Assembly (NCBI GenBank): GCA_049976425.1
Contig: JBMFIG010000018.1
Coordinates: forward strand, 1-30,659
Direction: 5' to 3'
Length of the DNA stretch: 30,659 nt
Source of the DNA: Thermoproteus sp.
GTDB lineage: Archaea; Thermoproteota; Thermoprotei; Thermoproteales; Thermoproteaceae
The notes under the pieces are model-generated. The model saw only the letters and a program-made list of their open reading frames with translations, was not told the origin of the DNA and did not search any database. Shown piece by piece: positions 17,694 through 26,177 of the stretch. The position numbers were made by a program, and so were the translations under genes. Numbering within the stretch: the first letter of the stretch is position 1; each line of letters opens with the position of its first letter.

Positions 17694-18056
17694 TCAAGAT
17701 ATCGATGCCGTAAAGGGCAACGAATAGCCGTTGGCGATCAACATCCCCTGCGCTGTGGCGGCCTGCGGGCGCGGGCACACAGCATCTATCTCGGCCACGG
17801 TTCCCTGTCGTATGTACGGGTTATTTGTTAAGTTACACTTAGCGCCGGAGAGGTACACGGCATCTATATAGACGGGGTTGGGCCCCGGGTTCACCACGAC
17901 CAGCCTCAACGTGCCGTTCTCGTAATACAGCATAGCAGCTCTTATAGTCACTATCGTGTTCGATGTGGACGTGAAGGTGGTATAGGCAAACCAGAAGAAG
18001 GCGAAGGCGAGCGCCAGCGTGAAGATCAGCAAAAGGAGGAGTGCCAGAGAGTTCAT
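17694..18056 (-). CDS. Membrane-anchored, pilin-like secreted protein
   Basis: N-terminal hydrophobic helix, then beta-rich LRLVVVNPG..PVYIDAVYL, a Cys pair and NGT/NLT sequons. No clear K/R-G class III cleavage site. Confidence 0.6.
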   Translation of the reverse strand: MNSLALLLLLIFTLALAFAFFWFAYTTFTSTSNTIVTIRAAMLYYENGTLRLVVVNPGPNPVYIDAVYLSGAKCNLTNNPYIRQGTVAEIDAVCPRPQAATAQGMLIANGYSLPFTASIS

Positions 18057-18832
18057 CAGTCGGCGCGGGGGGCCAGTATCATCGTGAAGGTGCCGGTTGC
18101 GAACTCGTAGGTGAGCTTCAGAGGCTTGGCGTCGCCGAGCTCCGCCTTAACTCTTTTGCTGATGCCCTTAAGCTTCCCAGACACGTTCCTGATAAGCTCC
18201 ACCGAGTACTTCGCCTTTACCGTCCCCTGCGCGTTTACGTCGTACAACGACTCGCTGTCGCGGCCGAACTCGCTGACGGCCCCTCTACCTCCCTCGCCCT
18301 CTGCGCTGAACACTACAGAGTCTTGGGACACTTGTATGGCCACCGCGTCGGAGACGCTTTCGGCCAACGCCATCATGTCGTCGAAAGTGGCCGAGTCCAT
18401 CTCGAACGAGGCCTCGTATTCTATATTTATCTCGGGGACCTCCTCCTCGGCCAACTGGACTATCGGGAACGAGAACCTCCGCGATATGCCAGCCTCGCGT
18501 CCCTTCTTGGGGTACACCATCATGACGAACCGCTTCCTCTCCTCGTCCACGCCTATCTCCAGCTTCTCCGCGGCGCCGACGCGCTTCAGCGCCTCCTTCA
18601 CCGAGGACAATATTAGGCCTATCTTCACGTCGTGGTCGACCGAATACTCCTCGAGGCCGCCCGCCGTGAAGTCCAGCTGGAGCAGTGCAACCTTGCTGGG
18701 ATCGAGCGCCTTCATGGATATGCCGTCCGTCGTGAAGCTCAGTGTGATCTCGGGCAACATAGAGATCAACGCCTCGAAGGCGTAGCGGGGCTCCTTGCCC
18801 TTGGGGAAAAGAGCACGGGCAACTAGGCTCAT
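18056..18832 (-). CDS. pcn: DNA polymerase sliding clamp (PCNA)
   Basis: FTTDGISMKALDPSKVALL, AKYSVELI, GDAKPLKLTY, ILAPR C-terminus; ~258 aa. GTG 18838 is an alternative start. Confidence 0.93.
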   Translation of the reverse strand: MSLVARALFPKGKEPRYAFEALISMLPEITLSFTTDGISMKALDPSKVALLQLDFTAGGLEEYSVDHDVKIGLILSSVKEALKRVGAAEKLEIGVDEERKRFVMMVYPKKGREAGISRRFSFPIVQLAEEEVPEINIEYEASFEMDSATFDDMMALAESVSDAVAIQVSQDSVVFSAEGEGGRGAVSEFGRDSESLYDVNAQGTVKAKYSVELIRNVSGKLKGISKRVKAELGDAKPLKLTYEFATGTFTMILAPRAD

Positions 18833-18872
18833 GCTCACTAAAAGCCCTTAATATTAAAAAGAATTCGTGAAT

Positions 18873-18925
18873 TGGTGATGACCACCCTGATCGCCGACCA
18901 GTGACGTGTGGTATTACTTCTGAGT
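18873..18925 (+). ncRNA. Box C/D guide sRNA
   Basis: C GTGATGA (18875-18881), guide CCACCCTGATCG, D' CCGA, CCA, C' GTGACGT, guide GTGGTATTACTT, D CTGA (18920-18923). TTAATATTAAAAA promoter at 18848-18860. Confidence 0.88.
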
Positions 18926-19013
18926 TATCGACTAAAGGCCGACGCACCTTGGACTCGCGCGCCGTGCAGATTCGTATGATATCCAGCGCGGGCCTCTACG
19001 CCTACCCGTTGCG

Positions 19014-19829
19014 CTAGGGCACGAAGGGCAGGAACGTCACGGGCAACAGAGGCTCCTTTACCTGTGACTTCACCACGACGCCCTCCTTGGGCACTATCTC
19101 GAACTCGTAGAGGCCCGGCTGGACGGGCGACCAACGCATCTTCCTAATGAATAACACGCGCTTGAAATTGCCCTCGCGGGTCCTCGCTATTCCCGTCACG
19201 AGGACTCCCGTGGCGAGGAACTCCTCGACGCCGTAGCGGCTTATCGCCGTGGATCCGCTGGGGATCTCGGTGGTGACTATATTGGTCGTGCCTATCTCCC
19301 TCTCGATGCCCATCACCAACACGCGTATGTACTCGCGGAGTACCTGTATATCTTTGTCTAGGGTGACTAAAGGCGCTATCGGATCTATGACCAGCCTCTG
19401 CGCGTTGAGCGCCACCACGTAGTCCCTCAACGAGGCGATGAGGGATTTGGCTATGGCCGTGGGATCCTTCTCCCTCAGACGCTCGATGAGGTCCATCTCG
19501 GGCACGAGCACCTCTATGAGGCCCTTGGCCCTGAGCTCCTCCAGATCCCAGCCGAACCTCTTAGCGCCCATCACTAACTGCTCGTAGGTCTCGTCCACTG
19601 AGACGTATATCCCCGGCTCGCCGAACTTCAAAGCACCCTGTAGCAGAAACGTGAGCGATATGAGGGTCTTGCCCGTGCCGGTCTCGCCGGAGATGAGGTA
19701 GGTGCGCCCTCTTATGAAGCCGCCTCCCAGGAGCTGGTCCAGCCCCTCTATGCCGGTCGGCGTCGTCTCGTAGAACAAGTTGTCGGCCATCTTAGGAGGC
19801 TCGTATGAAACTACGCCAGGCGAGGCCAT
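19014..19829 (-). CDS. KaiC-like/RAD55 RecA-superfamily ATPase (single domain)
   Basis: TGIEGLDQLLGGG, Walker A GETGTGKT, YVSVDE, RLVIDP, YGVEEF, IRKMR. Confidence 0.93.
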   Translation of the reverse strand: MASPGVVSYEPPKMADNLFYETTPTGIEGLDQLLGGGFIRGRTYLISGETGTGKTLISLTFLLQGALKFGEPGIYVSVDETYEQLVMGAKRFGWDLEELRAKGLIEVLVPEMDLIERLREKDPTAIAKSLIASLRDYVVALNAQRLVIDPIAPLVTLDKDIQVLREYIRVLVMGIEREIGTTNIVTTEIPSGSTAISRYGVEEFLATGVLVTGIARTREGNFKRVLFIRKMRWSPVQPGLYEFEIVPKEGVVVKSQVKEPLLPVTFLPFVP

Positions 19830-19919
19830 ATAGCGATACTACTGCCCGTATATATTTTCATTCCCCCAAAAAACCTCCGCCGTCGCAATACCCTTTTAAA
19901 GTGACGCGCGGCCACGTAC

Positions 19920-20294
19920 GTGCTGGCCGAGCGCCTTACGCGCCTCAAGCCGTTGAGGATCCTCGTGACTATAGAGTCCGGAGACCCCCAGCTGAATAGA
20001 GGCGCCGCCGAGTTCCTGGCGAGGGCTTTGAAGGGGCCGTTGGACGTCGAGGCGGGCGGGCTGAGCATCACGCTGACCTTCCGCTGGAGCCTCGCGTCGA
20101 AGGTCGCCGAGATGATAAACTCGGAGGGCGACTCAGTCCTCGACTTCGAGGTGGCCGACGACGCGGTGACCATAGTAACCAAGAAGGGGCTCGTGGTCAC
20201 CATACGCGTGGACGTGAGGAGCAACGGCTACGTCAGCGAGGTGGAGGGGACCGTGTCGGTCGATAAGGCGCCTTTCGAGATCGACGAGAGCTAG
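19920..20294 (+). CDS. Hypothetical protein (beta-rich, 124 aa)
   Basis: Host-like codons; CTTTTAAA about 20 nt upstream; divergent from the KaiC-like gene. Confidence 0.75.
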   Translation: MLAERLTRLKPLRILVTIESGDPQLNRGAAEFLARALKGPLDVEAGGLSITLTFRWSLASKVAEMINSEGDSVLDFEVADDAVTIVTKKGLVVTIRVDVRSNGYVSEVEGTVSVDKAPFEIDES

Positions 20295-20359
20295 CCGCTG
20301 GCGCCTCGCCGCGCAGAGCCTCGGCACGGCGCCTCACCACCTCGCCGGGTTGTGAGGAT

Positions 20360-20403
20360 TGTACTCCACAAATCTTTATTTGTTTGTGGAATACACTCCA
20401 CAA
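20360..20403. promoter_or_regulatory. Inverted-repeat operator with a third half-site, upstream of the AAA ATPase
   Basis: TGTACTCCACAAA (20360-20372), 10-nt spacer TCTTTATTTG, TTTGTGGAATACA (20383-20395): 12 of 13 match. ACTCCACAA recurs at 20395-20403. Confidence 0.65.
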
Positions 20404-21635
20404 TGCTGGACGTATTGAGCCGCGAATACTTGGAGTCTATTAGGAATGTGCGCGAGATCCCTCGACGTTTTAAGTTGCCCCAATCCCAGTTCGACATAGT
20501 CGCCGTGGTCGGGCCTAGAAGAGTGGGGAAGACCTTTCTGTTTCTGAAGACGGCTTGGGAGCTACTGGAGAGGGGCGAGCAGGTCTTGTACGCGTCGTTC
20601 GAGCATCTGTGGGTCAACTCGCTCGACGAGAGGAGGCTGGCCGAGGAGGTGAGGAGGATCTACCCCAGAGGGACCGTCCATCTATTCCTCGACGAGGCGC
20701 AGGCTTGGCCCCGCTGGGATTATAGGCTCAGATGGCTCCACGACGTTAAGGACTTTAGGCTCTACGTAACCGGCTCCACCTCGGAGCTTTCGGCGGAGCG
20801 GATACCCGCGAGGCTGAGAGGTCGCTATATATCCCGCCTATTGTTGCCGCTCTCCTTCTGCGAAGTCGCCGGCATGTCGGCGGTCCAGACGTTTAGGGAC
20901 GCGGGGCTGGCCAGACGGCTTTTTCAAGAATACGCCAGGTGGGGCGGCTTTCCCGAGATCTGGCTGGAGAGATCGTTGGACAAGGTCAGATCGCTTGTGG
21001 ACACTGTATTCTACAGAGATATTGTAGAGAGGCGGCGCGTGCGCGACGTCGAGGCGCTGGAGGCTCTGCTCAAGCTCGTGCTCGAGAACTACGCCAACCC
21101 GATTACGTGGAGATCTCTGGCCAGGTCCTTGGACGTAGACGCGAAGACTGCGGCGGCGTATATACGCTATATGGAGGAGGCCTACTTCCTCTTCGTCGTG
21201 GAGAGGTTCGGCCCGGCTAAGAGGAGGATCAAGGCGCCGAGGAAGATATATCTGGTCGATCCGGTATTCGCCTCGTTGTCCAAAAGCGGATTGGACATGG
21301 GGAGGAGGCTGGAGAACTTGGTCTTCATAGAGTTGTTGAGAAGAGCTGTCGAGAGAGGGGGAAGGCTGTACTACGTGGATCTGGACGGCGGCGAGGTGGA
21401 TCTCGCCTATGTGGAGGACGGCGCAGTGGAGCTCTACGAGGTGGCCTACGAACCGGACGAAAAACACGCGAGGAAGCTACGGGAGGCCGCGGGGAGGCTG
21501 GGCGCCGCGTCCTACACGCTGATTAGCTGGGACTCGGAAGACCACGGCGCCATTCCCGCCTGGAAATGGATGCTCGCCAGTTGCGGGGATCGGACCACTT
21601 CGGCGGACGGAGGAGTGGAGGCTAGGCCTTCTTGA
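20403..21635 (+). CDS. AAA+ ATPase (AAA_14/DUF4143-like) with HTH and C-terminal restriction-endonuclease-like domain
   Basis: GPRRVGKT, LFLDEAQ, VTGSTS, LRGR, LLPLSF.E, GGFPE, RKIYLVDP, LENLVFIEL, EVDL. Start moved to ATG 20403. Confidence 0.9.
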   Translation: MLDVLSREYLESIRNVREIPRRFKLPQSQFDIVAVVGPRRVGKTFLFLKTAWELLERGEQVLYASFEHLWVNSLDERRLAEEVRRIYPRGTVHLFLDEAQAWPRWDYRLRWLHDVKDFRLYVTGSTSELSAERIPARLRGRYISRLLLPLSFCEVAGMSAVQTFRDAGLARRLFQEYARWGGFPEIWLERSLDKVRSLVDTVFYRDIVERRRVRDVEALEALLKLVLENYANPITWRSLARSLDVDAKTAAAYIRYMEEAYFLFVVERFGPAKRRIKAPRKIYLVDPVFASLSKSGLDMGRRLENLVFIELLRRAVERGGRLYYVDLDGGEVDLAYVEDGAVELYEVAYEPDEKHARKLREAAGRLGAASYTLISWDSEDHGAIPAWKWMLASCGDRTTSADGGVEARPS

Positions 21636-22302
21636 TCCGTCTGCCGTCGCCGACGACCCAGTAATCGCCGTCGTTTCTACGCTCCAGCTTGAATATGGGG
21701 ACCTCGTGCTTGACCCTCTCGAGCGCTTGTCTGGCCACCGAGAACGAGACGTCTCTGTTTATCCCGGCGACCATCACGTAGATCGTGTGGTCGCCCGGCT
21801 TGAGCGCCCCCACTCTGTGGTATATCCTCGCGTCGAGGACTCCGTCGACCGAACGGGCCCACTGCTCTATCTCCGCTATCTTCTGGCTGGCGTAGGGCTC
21901 GTACGCCTCGTAGTCGAGCTCGCCCACCTCGGCGTCGCCGACGCGCCCCTTGACGAAGCCGACGAAGATCACCACGCTGCCGGCGCCTCTAGGCGCCGTC
22001 CTCGCTATAATGTCCTCCACCTCTTTGCCTATGTCGATCTCGCCGGAGATCAGCCCGCCTCCGCCCGACACCGGCGGCATTATCGCCACCTCGTCCCCCT
22101 CTCTGAGGAGGTAGTTCTCAGTGGCGTTGCGCCCGTTGACGAGGAAGATCACGTCGTCTCTATACGCGAGGGCCTTGGGGTAGGTCTTGAAGAACCAGTC
22201 GACGAGCTCGCCGAGCGTGTAGTCGTCCGGCACGTCGAGCTCCTCGGCTATCTTCCCCGTTATGTCGCGGAGCGCCGAGAAGTACTTGACCCGGATCTTC
22301 AC
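21622..22302 (-). CDS. Molybdopterin synthase MoaD-MoaE fusion
   Basis: MoaD VKYFSALRDITG...GDEVAIMPPVSGG fused to MoaE FVGFVK, LDYEAYEPYA, HRVG, KHEVPIFKLE. Confidence 0.93.
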   Translation of the reverse strand: MKIRVKYFSALRDITGKIAEELDVPDDYTLGELVDWFFKTYPKALAYRDDVIFLVNGRNATENYLLREGDEVAIMPPVSGGGGLISGEIDIGKEVEDIIARTAPRGAGSVVIFVGFVKGRVGDAEVGELDYEAYEPYASQKIAEIEQWARSVDGVLDARIYHRVGALKPGDHTIYVMVAGINRDVSFSVARQALERVKHEVPIFKLERRNDGDYWVVGDGRRIKKA

Positions 22303-22378
22303 GGAGGGTTGCGGTTCTGGCGTTTTAAGCCTATCGGCATTCCGCAGTGTCCCTTTTCGCTATAAGCTATCCCCAATA

Positions 22379-22386
22379 TTTTTAAG
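22379..22386 (+). promoter_or_regulatory. TATA box for fixCX
   Basis: TTTTTAAG about 21 nt before ATG 22407. Confidence 0.55.
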
Positions 22387-22406
22387 CAAAGCCCTTCGCC
22401 TTACCG

Positions 22407-23681
22407 ATGTCGTCTAAGTTCGACGTGGTTGTGGTAGGCGCCGGTCCCGCAGGCCTCGCCGCCGCCTATAAGCTGGCCTCCGCCGGCTTTAAGGTTTTGG
22501 TCATAGAGAGGGGGAGGGAGCCGGGCTCTAAACAGGTATACGGAGGGAGGATCTACGCCTACTGGCTCGACAAATACCTGCCCGAGTTCAGGAAAGACGC
22601 GCCGGCCGACCGGTGGGTGCGCAAGGAGCGCGTGTCCCTTATGTCGGACGACTCCGTCACCACTATAGAGTTCGAGGTGATCAAGCCGGAGAAGTCGAGC
22701 TTCGTCGCGCCCCTCGTCGCGTTCACCTCCTGGCTCGGCAAGCTGGCCACGTCGGCAGGGGCCAAGATAGTCACCGAGGTCGTCGTGGACGAACTGCTCA
22801 GAGACGAGAGGGGGAGGTTCGTGGGCGTGAGGTCGGGGCAGGACAAGATATACGCCGACTATATAATCGACGCCGAGGGGGTCAACAGGTTGCTCCTCGA
22901 GAGGGCCGGGATCGTGCAGAGGCTTAAGCCGGAGTACGTGGCGGTGGGCGCCAAGGAAGTCCTCAAGTTCGAGAACAGAAAGATTATGGAGGACAGGCTC
23001 GGGCTGTCCGAGGACGAAGGCCTCGCGTGGGCCTTCGCCGGATGGCCGACGGAATATCTGCCGGGAGGCGCCTTCCTCTACACCTATAAGGACGCCGTGG
23101 CCCTCGGCGTGGTGATCTACCTGACGTCCTGGCGCCAGCTCACGACGCCCGTCTACGACTTGGCCGAGAGGCTCCGCACCCACCCGTATATAGCCAAGCT
23201 GGTCGCCGGCGCCAATCTGCAGGAATACTCGGCGCATCTGACGCCGGTGGCCGGGATATCCATGGCGCCGCCCAGGTTCTCGTACGACGGACTGCTTATC
23301 GTGGGCGACGCGGCCGGCTTCTTGATGCACGCCGGCGTCTTGATCAGAGGAGTCGACTTCGCGGTGGCCTCCGGCGTGCTGGCCGCCGAGACTATTAAGG
23401 AGGCCGGGCGGCCCGACGCTCTGTCCCGCTACGACGACAAGCTGAGGAGTAGCTTCATCCTCAGAGACCTCCTGGCGTTTAAGAACGCCGATAAGGTCCT
23501 CTCCGGCCGGTTCGCCTTCGACGACATGCCCAAGCTGGTCAACGCGTTCATGCGCAACTACTTCACTGTCGAGGACAGGCCGCCGACCGTCGCCTCAGCC
23601 CTCAAGACGACTCTAGGCGAGAGGGGAGACTCCCTAATGAAGATACTGATAAATACGATGTACGCGTTGGCATACCTATGA
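22407..23681 (+). CDS. fixC: FixC-family electron transfer flavoprotein-quinone oxidoreductase
   Basis: VVGAGPAG, ERGREPGSKQVYGG, DAEGVN, GGAFLYT, EYSAHL.P, VGDAAG, RGVDFA; followed by FixX. Confidence 0.88.
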   Translation: MSSKFDVVVVGAGPAGLAAAYKLASAGFKVLVIERGREPGSKQVYGGRIYAYWLDKYLPEFRKDAPADRWVRKERVSLMSDDSVTTIEFEVIKPEKSSFVAPLVAFTSWLGKLATSAGAKIVTEVVVDELLRDERGRFVGVRSGQDKIYADYIIDAEGVNRLLLERAGIVQRLKPEYVAVGAKEVLKFENRKIMEDRLGLSEDEGLAWAFAGWPTEYLPGGAFLYTYKDAVALGVVIYLTSWRQLTTPVYDLAERLRTHPYIAKLVAGANLQEYSAHLTPVAGISMAPPRFSYDGLLIVGDAAGFLMHAGVLIRGVDFAVASGVLAAETIKEAGRPDALSRYDDKLRSSFILRDLLAFKNADKVLSGRFAFDDMPKLVNAFMRNYFTVEDRPPTVASALKTTLGERGDSLMKILINTMYALAYL

Positions 23682-23980
23682 GCGCCCAACAAGCCGTCAA
23701 GTTCTTGACCATAGAGGAACGGCTCAACGTAAACGCGTGGGACACCGATATATACAGGCCCCACATAAAGATAAAGGACCCCGAGAAGTGCAGGCTCTGC
23801 GAGAAGAAGCCCTGCACCTACATGTGCCCCGCCAAATGCTACGTGCAACAAGGCGACATAGTGGTGCTGAGCACCGAGGCTTGTCTAGAATGCGGGACCT
23901 GCCGCGTGGTGTGTCCCTACGAGAACATAGACTGGAACTACCCCCGCTCCGGCATGGGCGTCTGGTACAGATTTTCGTAG
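23678..23980 (+). CDS. fixX: FixX-type ferredoxin
   Basis: CRLCEKKPCTYMCPAKCY, ACLECGTCRVVCP, WNYPRSGMGV; ATGA overlap with fixC. Confidence 0.93.
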   Translation: MSAQQAVKFLTIEERLNVNAWDTDIYRPHIKIKDPEKCRLCEKKPCTYMCPAKCYVQQGDIVVLSTEACLECGTCRVVCPYENIDWNYPRSGMGVWYRFS

Positions 23981-24018
23981 AGCGGCGACTCTTTATAAAT
24001 TGAAAACGCGATCCACGT

Positions 24019-24327
24019 ATGGACGCGGACAAGGAGAGGATAGCGAAGATGTCGCGGGATCCGAGGGTGGTGGAGGCCCTCCGAGCCATAGGCGGGTTTC
24101 TCTGGTACTACACAGAGCTGTACCCCTACAGGACTATATACACGCTGACCGTGTGCAGAGGCGCGCTATGCGTATATATCGCCGGCGAGGACATGATGGA
24201 CATGAAGATACCGGTGGAGAGGTATCTGGAGTTCGAGGACGATGGGGAGCGGCTTAGGCAACTGGCGAGATCCCTCGAGATGCTGGCCGCGTTCTCAGAG
24301 AAAGCGCAGTGGGACTCTCCTCGATAG
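24019..24327 (+). CDS. Hypothetical protein (102 aa)
   Basis: TTTATAAA about 20 nt upstream; host-like codon usage; no recognised motif. Confidence 0.72.
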   Translation: MDADKERIAKMSRDPRVVEALRAIGGFLWYYTELYPYRTIYTLTVCRGALCVYIAGEDMMDMKIPVERYLEFEDDGERLRQLARSLEMLAAFSEKAQWDSPR

Positions 24328-24909
24328 GCGGGCCAGAAGGGCCCTTGCCAGAGCCAGCTTCCTGGCCTTTATGGAATCGCGCCGCTTCACGGGCACGTCC
24401 GGGTAGAATCCGCTCACGGTTATCTCCTGCGCGCCCATGGCGTAGGCCAGATACGCCGCCCTATCGCCGTCGGTGAAGCCCCCCACGTTCGCCGTGCCCG
24501 GCGGAGGCGGGACCTGGACCGTGAAAACCCTACGGGGAGGCGCCGATTGAAGCCTCTCCACGTTGTCGCCGTGGGCGTGTACGACCGCCAGAGAGCCGAG
24601 CCCCGCCGACTCCGGCTCGAAGTCGAGATCGGTCACCACCACGTCGGGCTTGACGCCCGCCGCGACGAGGCGCCGGGCGGTGAACCCCTCGACGGCCACC
24701 ACGACGGACCCCTCGGCGAGCTTCTCGAAAGGCGGCATGTAGATCACGGGGCGCGACCAATCGAGCCGCCTCAACGCTTCGAGAGGAAGCCCGCCGAGCC
24801 TAGACGCGGCGAGCGCCGCCTCGATATCGCGGGAGTAGGAGAGCTCCGGCAGAAGCGATCTGGCCAGGGACATCGCGTACTGCCACTCCAGAGGGTCGAC
24901 GAGCCACAT
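24295..24909 (-). CDS. 6-hydroxymethyl-7,8-dihydropterin pyrophosphokinase-like (MptE/DUF115)
   Basis: PDVVVTDLD, VVHAHGDN, NVGGFTDGDRAAYLA, K.RKL. Confidence 0.85.
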   Translation of the reverse strand: MWLVDPLEWQYAMSLARSLLPELSYSRDIEAALAASRLGGLPLEALRRLDWSRPVIYMPPFEKLAEGSVVVAVEGFTARRLVAAGVKPDVVVTDLDFEPESAGLGSLAVVHAHGDNVERLQSAPPRRVFTVQVPPPPGTANVGGFTDGDRAAYLAYAMGAQEITVSGFYPDVPVKRRDSIKARKLALARALLARLSRRVPLRFL

Positions 24910-25494
24910 CTAGCCGTTCCTGACCACAGTCAGAAGCTTGTAGTTGGCCGGCGTAGGCGCGTACCAGAGGACGCCGCATCCCGGCCGCGTGAGGTTGACG
25001 GCCTTCAGACCGGGCGCCGCCGGGGACGGGACAATGCACGAGGACCCCCCGATCACGCCGTCGAAGTTCGTGGCGTATATCCTCACGCCTGCGAACGAGG
25101 CGTTGAGACTGTAGGCGAACGACGAGACCCGGTAGAGGCTCGCCGCGAACGACCCGCGATACGCCGTGAAGTTCAGCACCACGTAGAGCGAGACGGTGCC
25201 CGGCCTAGTGGAGTTGTTGACCAGCGCTATGGAGTAGGAGTACGCGTCGAAGTTGGGGAACTGCGTCGGGAGGAACAGCTTGTAGCTGATGGACCTCACG
25301 CCCGGCGTCAACGACGAGGACACCAGATCGGCCACCTGCGAGGCCACGTAACGCGCCATCAGCCTGGCGGTGGTGGCCGCCTCTTGCTGGAAGGCTTGGT
25401 AGGACAGAAGCCACACGAGGTATGAGGCGAGGAGGTACGCGGCGGCCATGAATCCGAAGAGGATAGCCGCCTCGATCGCCGATATGCCTCTCAT
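24910..25494 (-). CDS. Type IV pilin-like protein (class III signal peptide)
   Basis: MRG|ISAIEAAILF: basic-Gly cleavage site, Glu at +5, hydrophobic helix; many N-glycosylation sequons. Start moved to ATG 25494. Confidence 0.78.
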   Translation of the reverse strand: MRGISAIEAAILFGFMAAAYLLASYLVWLLSYQAFQQEAATTARLMARYVASQVADLVSSSLTPGVRSISYKLFLPTQFPNFDAYSYSIALVNNSTRPGTVSLYVVLNFTAYRGSFAASLYRVSSFAYSLNASFAGVRIYATNFDGVIGGSSCIVPSPAAPGLKAVNLTRPGCGVLWYAPTPANYKLLTVVRNG

Positions 25495-26177
25495 TTCCAG
25501 ATAAGGGTTATGTTGTTCCAGACTATGTAGACGTTCTTGATATTGTTGAACGAGACGGTCTTGGAGCCCAGCCTGCTCTGCACCACTACGTTGACGCTTC
25601 CGCCGCAACTAATCGAGGTGGAGTTCAGCGGACCTACCACGTAGGCGAGGACGCCGCCGGTGCCTTGTTGCGCGAAGGAGGCCGAGATCGTGTAGAGGTA
25701 CAGCGAGTTGGTCCCGTTGACGAAGACGACGCGGCTGTAGAGCCTCACGGTCCTCGGGTAAGTCGAGTTTACGGCCACCACAGGCTCGCCTATAGGCACT
25801 GCGAGGGAGCCGTTGAGGCCTCTAAGCATCGAGCTACCGAACTCGACGTAGGTCGAGTTGTAGCCGATCACGGCCTCTCTGAACACGTAGGTCGAGTTGT
25901 CGTTGCCGCACCGTACCGTCACGTAGAGCCTGGGCGTCCTCACGTAGAACGAGCCGAAGTACGAATTGGGCAACTGGTACATCCTCTGGACGCCGGTCAT
26001 GCCGAAGTCGGTCTCCAGCGAGTCCGCCAACGCCGTCAGGAAAGCCATAACGTTCTTGGCCTCGAGGCTCGCCTCTATCTGGAATATGTTCTGGACTATG
26101 TAGGGCACAGCGGCGAATATTATGGCGAGGGACACCGACAGAAGAATGGCCACCTCCAGAGCCTCCAAGCCCCTCAT
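25491..26177 (-). CDS. Type IV pilin-like protein (class III signal peptide)
   Basis: MRG|LEALEVAILLSV with Glu at +5; beta-rich body, Cys pair, sequons. Confidence 0.8.
   Translation of the reverse strand: MRGLEALEVAILLSVSLAIIFAAVPYIVQNIFQIEASLEAKNVMAFLTALADSLETDFGMTGVQRMYQLPNSYFGSFYVRTPRLYVTVRCGNDNSTYVFREAVIGYNSTYVEFGSSMLRGLNGSLAVPIGEPVVAVNSTYPRTVRLYSRVVFVNGTNSLYLYTISASFAQQGTGGVLAYVVGPLNSTSISCGGSVNVVVQSRLGSKTVSFNNIKNVYIVWNNITLIWK

Noticed and set aside
18926-19013. Possible hairpin RNA after the C/D sRNA, or the 69-aa ORF 18925-19134
   Set aside because: Only short GC stems (AGGCC/GGCCT) and no box motifs; the ORF overlaps the KaiC-like gene out of frame.
20295-20350. Short CCTC(G/A)CC-like repeats
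   Set aside because: Irregular 6-8 nt GC-rich units consistent with chance at this composition.
24547-25425. 292-aa plus-strand ORF
   Set aside because: Antisense to two well-supported genes, with shadow-like composition.
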